Shown here: piece after piece, positions 59,847 to 64,000 of the stretch | Layout of the letters: every line of letters starts with the position of its first letter | Numbering within the stretch: position 1 is the first letter of the stretch | Source of the DNA: Macrostomum lignano | Taxonomy: Eukaryota | Assembly: GCA_002269645.1 (NCBI GenBank) | Contig: NIVC01002615.1 | Coordinates: 1-64,000 of the forward strand | DNA length: 64,000 bases | Direction: 5' to 3' | Translations under genes and position numbers: made by a program | Notes under the pieces: model-generated | The model's input: the letters and a program-made list of their open reading frames with translations, nothing else | Databases searched by the model: none | What the model was told of the DNA's origin: nothing

Positions 59847-60519
59847 CTTACTCATTTGCGCCTGTTGGTTGAGACGTCTCGCTCAAGTCTAAGAGTGACT
59901 TGAGTTTATCGTGAGTCTGTTGAGACTCCTGAGTCTGTTTAGACTCTACTGGTTGCAGTCTCCAGAAGGACTGCCCCTGATAGATCTTAGAAGACTATCA
60001 GTGGTTTCCGGAGCCATACCTAGAGTGCATAGAGGCACTACTAGAAGGAGTAGGCTTATATTAAACCGCAGTTTGGCGCAGGGATCCCCATTGTTAATTT
60101 GGAAGCTTCCTATTGGTCCGAACGACAGATTCCGGCCGGAAATACTTCTAAAGGAAAGAAGAAGGAAACTCGGACCCGATCGACACCTGAAGACGTCTAG
60201 AAGTCTACAAGATCTACTGAGAGATCTACAGTTGAGAACGACTCAAGAACGAAATCTAAGAATCCGGATTAAAGGTAATTGAATACCTTCATTTGATTAC
60301 TGGGTTGCCTAGCTACAGAGCTAGAAGTGATTGTTCCTTGATTACAGTTGAGGACTGGTAATAAGGAACACATCACCTTCATTCAGGTGGTTTTTTAAAA
60401 CTCTGTTCTCTGGTCTATTTTTGGACATCTTCGAAACAGAGTTTATAGTGAAGTTTAATGATTCTCCCCACTCATCTCATCTCTTCTTATCTCCACGCTG
60501 CTATCTCTTTCTGTCTGAT

Positions 60520-61400
60520 TTCTCACCTCTGAGCTCCCCACTCACTTTCACGCTTACCTCCAATCTCACCTTCACTCTCTACTCCCCTCTCACCTCCCTC
60601 TCACCTCCCTCTCACCTCCACTCTCACCTTCACTCTCTTCTTCACTTTCACCCCCCTCCCACCTTCACCCTCTTCTTCACTCTCACCTTCACTCTCTTCT
60701 TCACTCTCTTCTTCACTCTCCCCTTCACTCTCACCTTCACTCTCTTCTTCACTCTCTTCTTCACTCTCCCCTTCACTCTCACCTTTACTCTCACCTCCAC
60801 TCTCACCTCCCTCTCACCTTCACTCTCTTCTTCACTCTCACCTTCACTCTCTTCTTCACTCTCACCTTTACTCTCACCTCCACTTTCACCTCCACTCTCA
60901 CCTCCACTCTCACCTCCACTCTCACCTCCCCTCTCATTTTCACGCTTACCTCCCCTCTCACCTCCACTCTCACCTCCACTCTCACCTCCACTCTCACCTC
61001 CACTCTCACCTCCACTCTCACCTCCACTCTCACCTCCACTCTCACCTCCACTCTCACCTCCCTCCCACCTTCACTCTCTTCTTCACTCTCACCTTCACTC
61101 TCTTCTTCACTCTCACCTTCACTCTCACCTCCACTTTCACCTCCACTCTCACCTCCACTCTCACCTCCACTCTCACCTCCCCTCTCATTTTCACGCTTAC
61201 CTCCCCTCTCACCTCCACTCTCACCTCCACTCTCACCTCCACTCTCACCTCCACTCTCACCTCCACTCTCACCTCCACTCTCACCTCCACTCTCACCTCC
61301 AATCACACCTCCACCCTCACCTCCCCTCTCATTTTCACGCTTACCTCCCCTCTCACATCCACTCCTACTTTCCCTCTCAGCCCCCCTCTCACTTCCCTCT
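60520..61400. repeat. C/T-rich 12-bp minisatellite / low-complexity tract
   Basis: CTCACCTCCACT variants; explains ORF 60421-61596. Confidence 0.9.
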
Positions 61401-62214
61401 CTTCTCTCCTCTCTGCTCTCTCCCCTCGTATCTGTCTATCATTTTTTATAAATTGTCCACTCCACTCCCTGTACCTGCTTATAAGAGCCAGGGACTCCTA
61501 AAAGTAGCATCACTATCTCTAGAAGTCCCTGATAAGAACCTTGCCAAAAATTCATTTCCACAATTCATAAATTCTGAATTCCAATTTAAAAACTAACGAC
61601 AGCTTTACCATGCACGCCAGCACATTCCCAAGCCCCTTCACTTTATTTTGGCGCTGTCAATTTACCATTGCCCGAATTCTTCCAAATAAGGCAACTGCTA
61701 ATCCTGTTTGAATACTATTATTAATAAAAAAAATATTCAGCCCAAAGCAGCAGATGGCAAACAGAAACGCACCCAGTAAAATGCATGCACTAAGGTAAAC
61801 TCGACAACAAAGGAGTGGGGAGGGAGGTTATTTAATTATGCCAGTTGCAGAACTTGCCGCAGCAGCTGAGTTGACAGCCAAGCACGGTGGCGCGGCCCTT
61901 GTGCAAACTCTGACAACTCCTCTTTGAGGCAGTGTTTTTTGCTAAATCACGCATATTATCACTTTATCATGTGCCTTTCCGGTTGTCATGGCGTGTCCAT
62001 TTTGGTCTATTGTTAGTCTGTGAAAATATTATAATGGCTAAAATGTGATCCTTAATTATATAGGAAAATTAAAAATTCTCAAGATTCTCAAACCCTCACA
62101 CAGCGCGCGATAAAAGAGTACTAGAAAACCAATTCTTAAATCTTTGAGTTTCCAAAATTGCAAAACTCGAAACCTAAACAAAAGCTCATAATTTCAAAAA
62201 CAGGACACAAGCAG

Positions 62215-62782
62215 AACCTCAACCTAAACCACAAAATCCAAACCTCAAAATCCAAACCTCAAAATTAAAAACCCAACCTCAAAATCAAAACCCAAACCTC
62301 AAAACCCAAACCTCAAAACCCAAACCTCAAGACCCAAACCTCAAAACCCAAACCTCAAAACCCAAGCCTCAAAACCCAAACCCCAAAACCCAAACCCCAA
62401 AACCCAAATCCCAAAACCCAAACCCCAAAACCCAAACCCCAAAACCCAAACCTCAAAACTCAAATCTCAAAACCCAAACCTCAAAACTCAAATCTCAAAA
62501 CCCGAACCTCAAAACCCAAACCACAAAACCCAAACCACAAAACCCAAACCTCAAATCCCAAACCTCAAAACCCGAACCTCAAAACTCAAACCTCAAAACC
62601 CAAACCTCAAAACGCAAACGTCAAAACCCAAACCACAAAACCCAAACCTCAAAACTCAAACCTCAAAACCCAAACCTCAAAACCCAAACCTCAAAACTCA
62701 AACCTCAAAACCCAAACCTCAAAACTCAAACCACAAAACCCAAACCTCAAAACGCAAACGTCAAAACCCTAACCTCAAAAAC
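62215..62782. repeat. 14-bp minisatellite
   Basis: AAAACCCAAACCTC variants. Confidence 0.9.
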
Positions 62783-63049
62783 TTGCACCCGAGAGCCTTG
62801 AAATTGGAAAATCAAAAGCATGAGTACCCAAGTCCGTTCAGCCTCACCTGCATATGTAGTTGCCACCATATCAAGCAGCAATATACTCAGTCAATTCGAA
62901 CCGGCTTGGAAAATCACTGTTGAAGTCCTCGCACTTTTGCTCATTTCAAGATCCCAGCCGACTCAAACTTTATATATAAAGAATCGAATTCTCAAGCCCT
63001 CGGAAGTCACATGCTCACAGAATTATTGTGAAATTGACTTTTTTTGCAG

Positions 63050-63665
63050 GACCAATTTCCTGTCAAAGTGCTTCAAACTGCCGAGCTTTCTAAGCCAATT
63101 CGATGCTCAGTTTCTGCGACGAGAGTGAAAAAAGCGGATCCGGGAAAGGCTCTAAGAGTCGTCTTCTTGTGTGAGCAAATGTCTGAAGCATGAAGTTTTC
63201 CCTCCATGGTAGGGGGGGGGGTGGTGGCTGCGTTTGCTGTGTGCGGAGGGTTCAGGGTTCCTGTGTGCGCCTCGACTTCCTCTCTCCTCCAGTCTGGCTA
63301 CTCCCGCCTATTTTTAGTTGCCATGACGACCGTGTGACGAGACCATATAGGAGAAGCGAGCAAGCCCTGGGGAAGCGGAGAGGTGGCTGCTTGGTGAGAA
63401 ATTGGAGGCAAAAGAATTTCGGCAATATATCAAGCAGCCTTATTGGCCTGCTGTCTTGCATTGAGCCAATGAGTCTATTGGGATGCATCCTCACTCTCTC
63501 TCTCTTACTCCCTCCCTCTCTCACTCCTCCAGCCAGGTGTGAACGGTAGGTGATAAACCCTGTCACAGCCTGTGAATCCCAACAATATAGAAAATTTTAA
63601 CTTTGCCAGAAATACAGAAGCAGATATTTTTGAGGGCGAGAGCAAGTTGCTGCTGCAATACAGAG
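63050..63665 (+). CDS. Possible coding exons of an unidentified gene (63050-~63170 and 63610-63665)
   Basis: Polypyrimidine acceptor TTTTTTTGCAG| at 63049/50 with an open frame DQFPVKVLQTAELSKPIRCSV... A second candidate exon, TTTGCCAG|A-NTEADIFEGESKLLLQYR-G|GTGAGA. I could not join them into a model or recognise a family. Confidence 0.2.
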
Positions 63666-63816
63666 GTGAGAAGTCTGTAAGACGCCAGAAAGCTAAAAGC
63701 ATTTTTAATGCTTCATTTCATGATGCTGTACTACAGGAGAACTGACAGACACTTTTGACCCCAACTCAAAAGCTATCCATAAATAAGTACATGTACTTTG
63801 CTAATCTCTCTTTGAC

Positions 63817-64000
63817 TCACCCGCTCTCTCCCCTGTCCCTCTCACTGTCACCCGCTCTCTCCCCTGTCCCTCTCTCTGTCACCCGCTCTCTCCCCTGTCC
63901 CTCTCTCTGTCACCCGCTCTCTCCCCTGTCTTTCTCACTGTCACCCGCTCTCTCCCCTGTCCCTCTCTCTGTCACCCGCTCTCTCCCCTGTCCCTCTCTC
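63817..64000. repeat. 31-bp minisatellite running off the window edge
   Basis: TCACCCGCTCTCTCCCCTGTCCCTCTCTCTG unit. Confidence 0.9.

Noticed and set aside
59460-60370. Bona fide solo LTR (TGTT...AACA)
   Set aside because: The flanks (GTGCA versus CATCA) give no target-site duplication, and I see no PBS or PPT. Kept only as an open hypothesis in findings.
60421-61596. 391-aa Ser/Pro/His-rich ORF
   Set aside because: It is a translation of the 12-bp C/T minisatellite.
62215-62782. Telomere-like repeat (AAAACCC...)
   Set aside because: The unit is a degenerate 14-mer, not (TTAGGG)n, and it is internal with unique sequence on both sides.

Overview
Eukaryotic (metazoan) genomic DNA. Short GC-rich exons are separated by introns packed with unrelated mini- and microsatellites, a style I associate with the flatworm Macrostomum lignano (inference, not verified). 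Almost all long ORFs in the supplied track are translations of tandem repeats. By joining exons across GT-AG introns I reconstruct: (1) the 3' end of an unidentified + strand gene (1-785); (2) a 7-exon OST-alpha/SLC51A-like gene (+, 1840-5242) with an in-frame TAA at codon 159 and a tRNA-derived CORE-like SINE in intron 5; (3) an 8-exon nervy/MTG8/ETO co-repressor gene with NHR1-4 (-, 16080-6897); (4) an 11-exon, ~1051-aa type I membrane protein gene (-, 58595-19892) with a signal peptide, four divergent discoidin-like repeats, a SEA domain with a GSV motif, one TM helix and a basic cytoplasmic tail. The most striking structure is intron 4 of gene 4 (25.2 kb). It is almost entirely a head-to-tail array of seven non-autonomous Helitron-like units joined by CTAG|TC junctions. 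The units carry nested 18-, 23- or 24-bp minisatellites, and the six with intact 5' regions also carry a tRNA-like A/B-box module. A TATA/CCAAT promoter followed by a dense hairpin cluster (59430-60370) and possible further exons lie at the right end.
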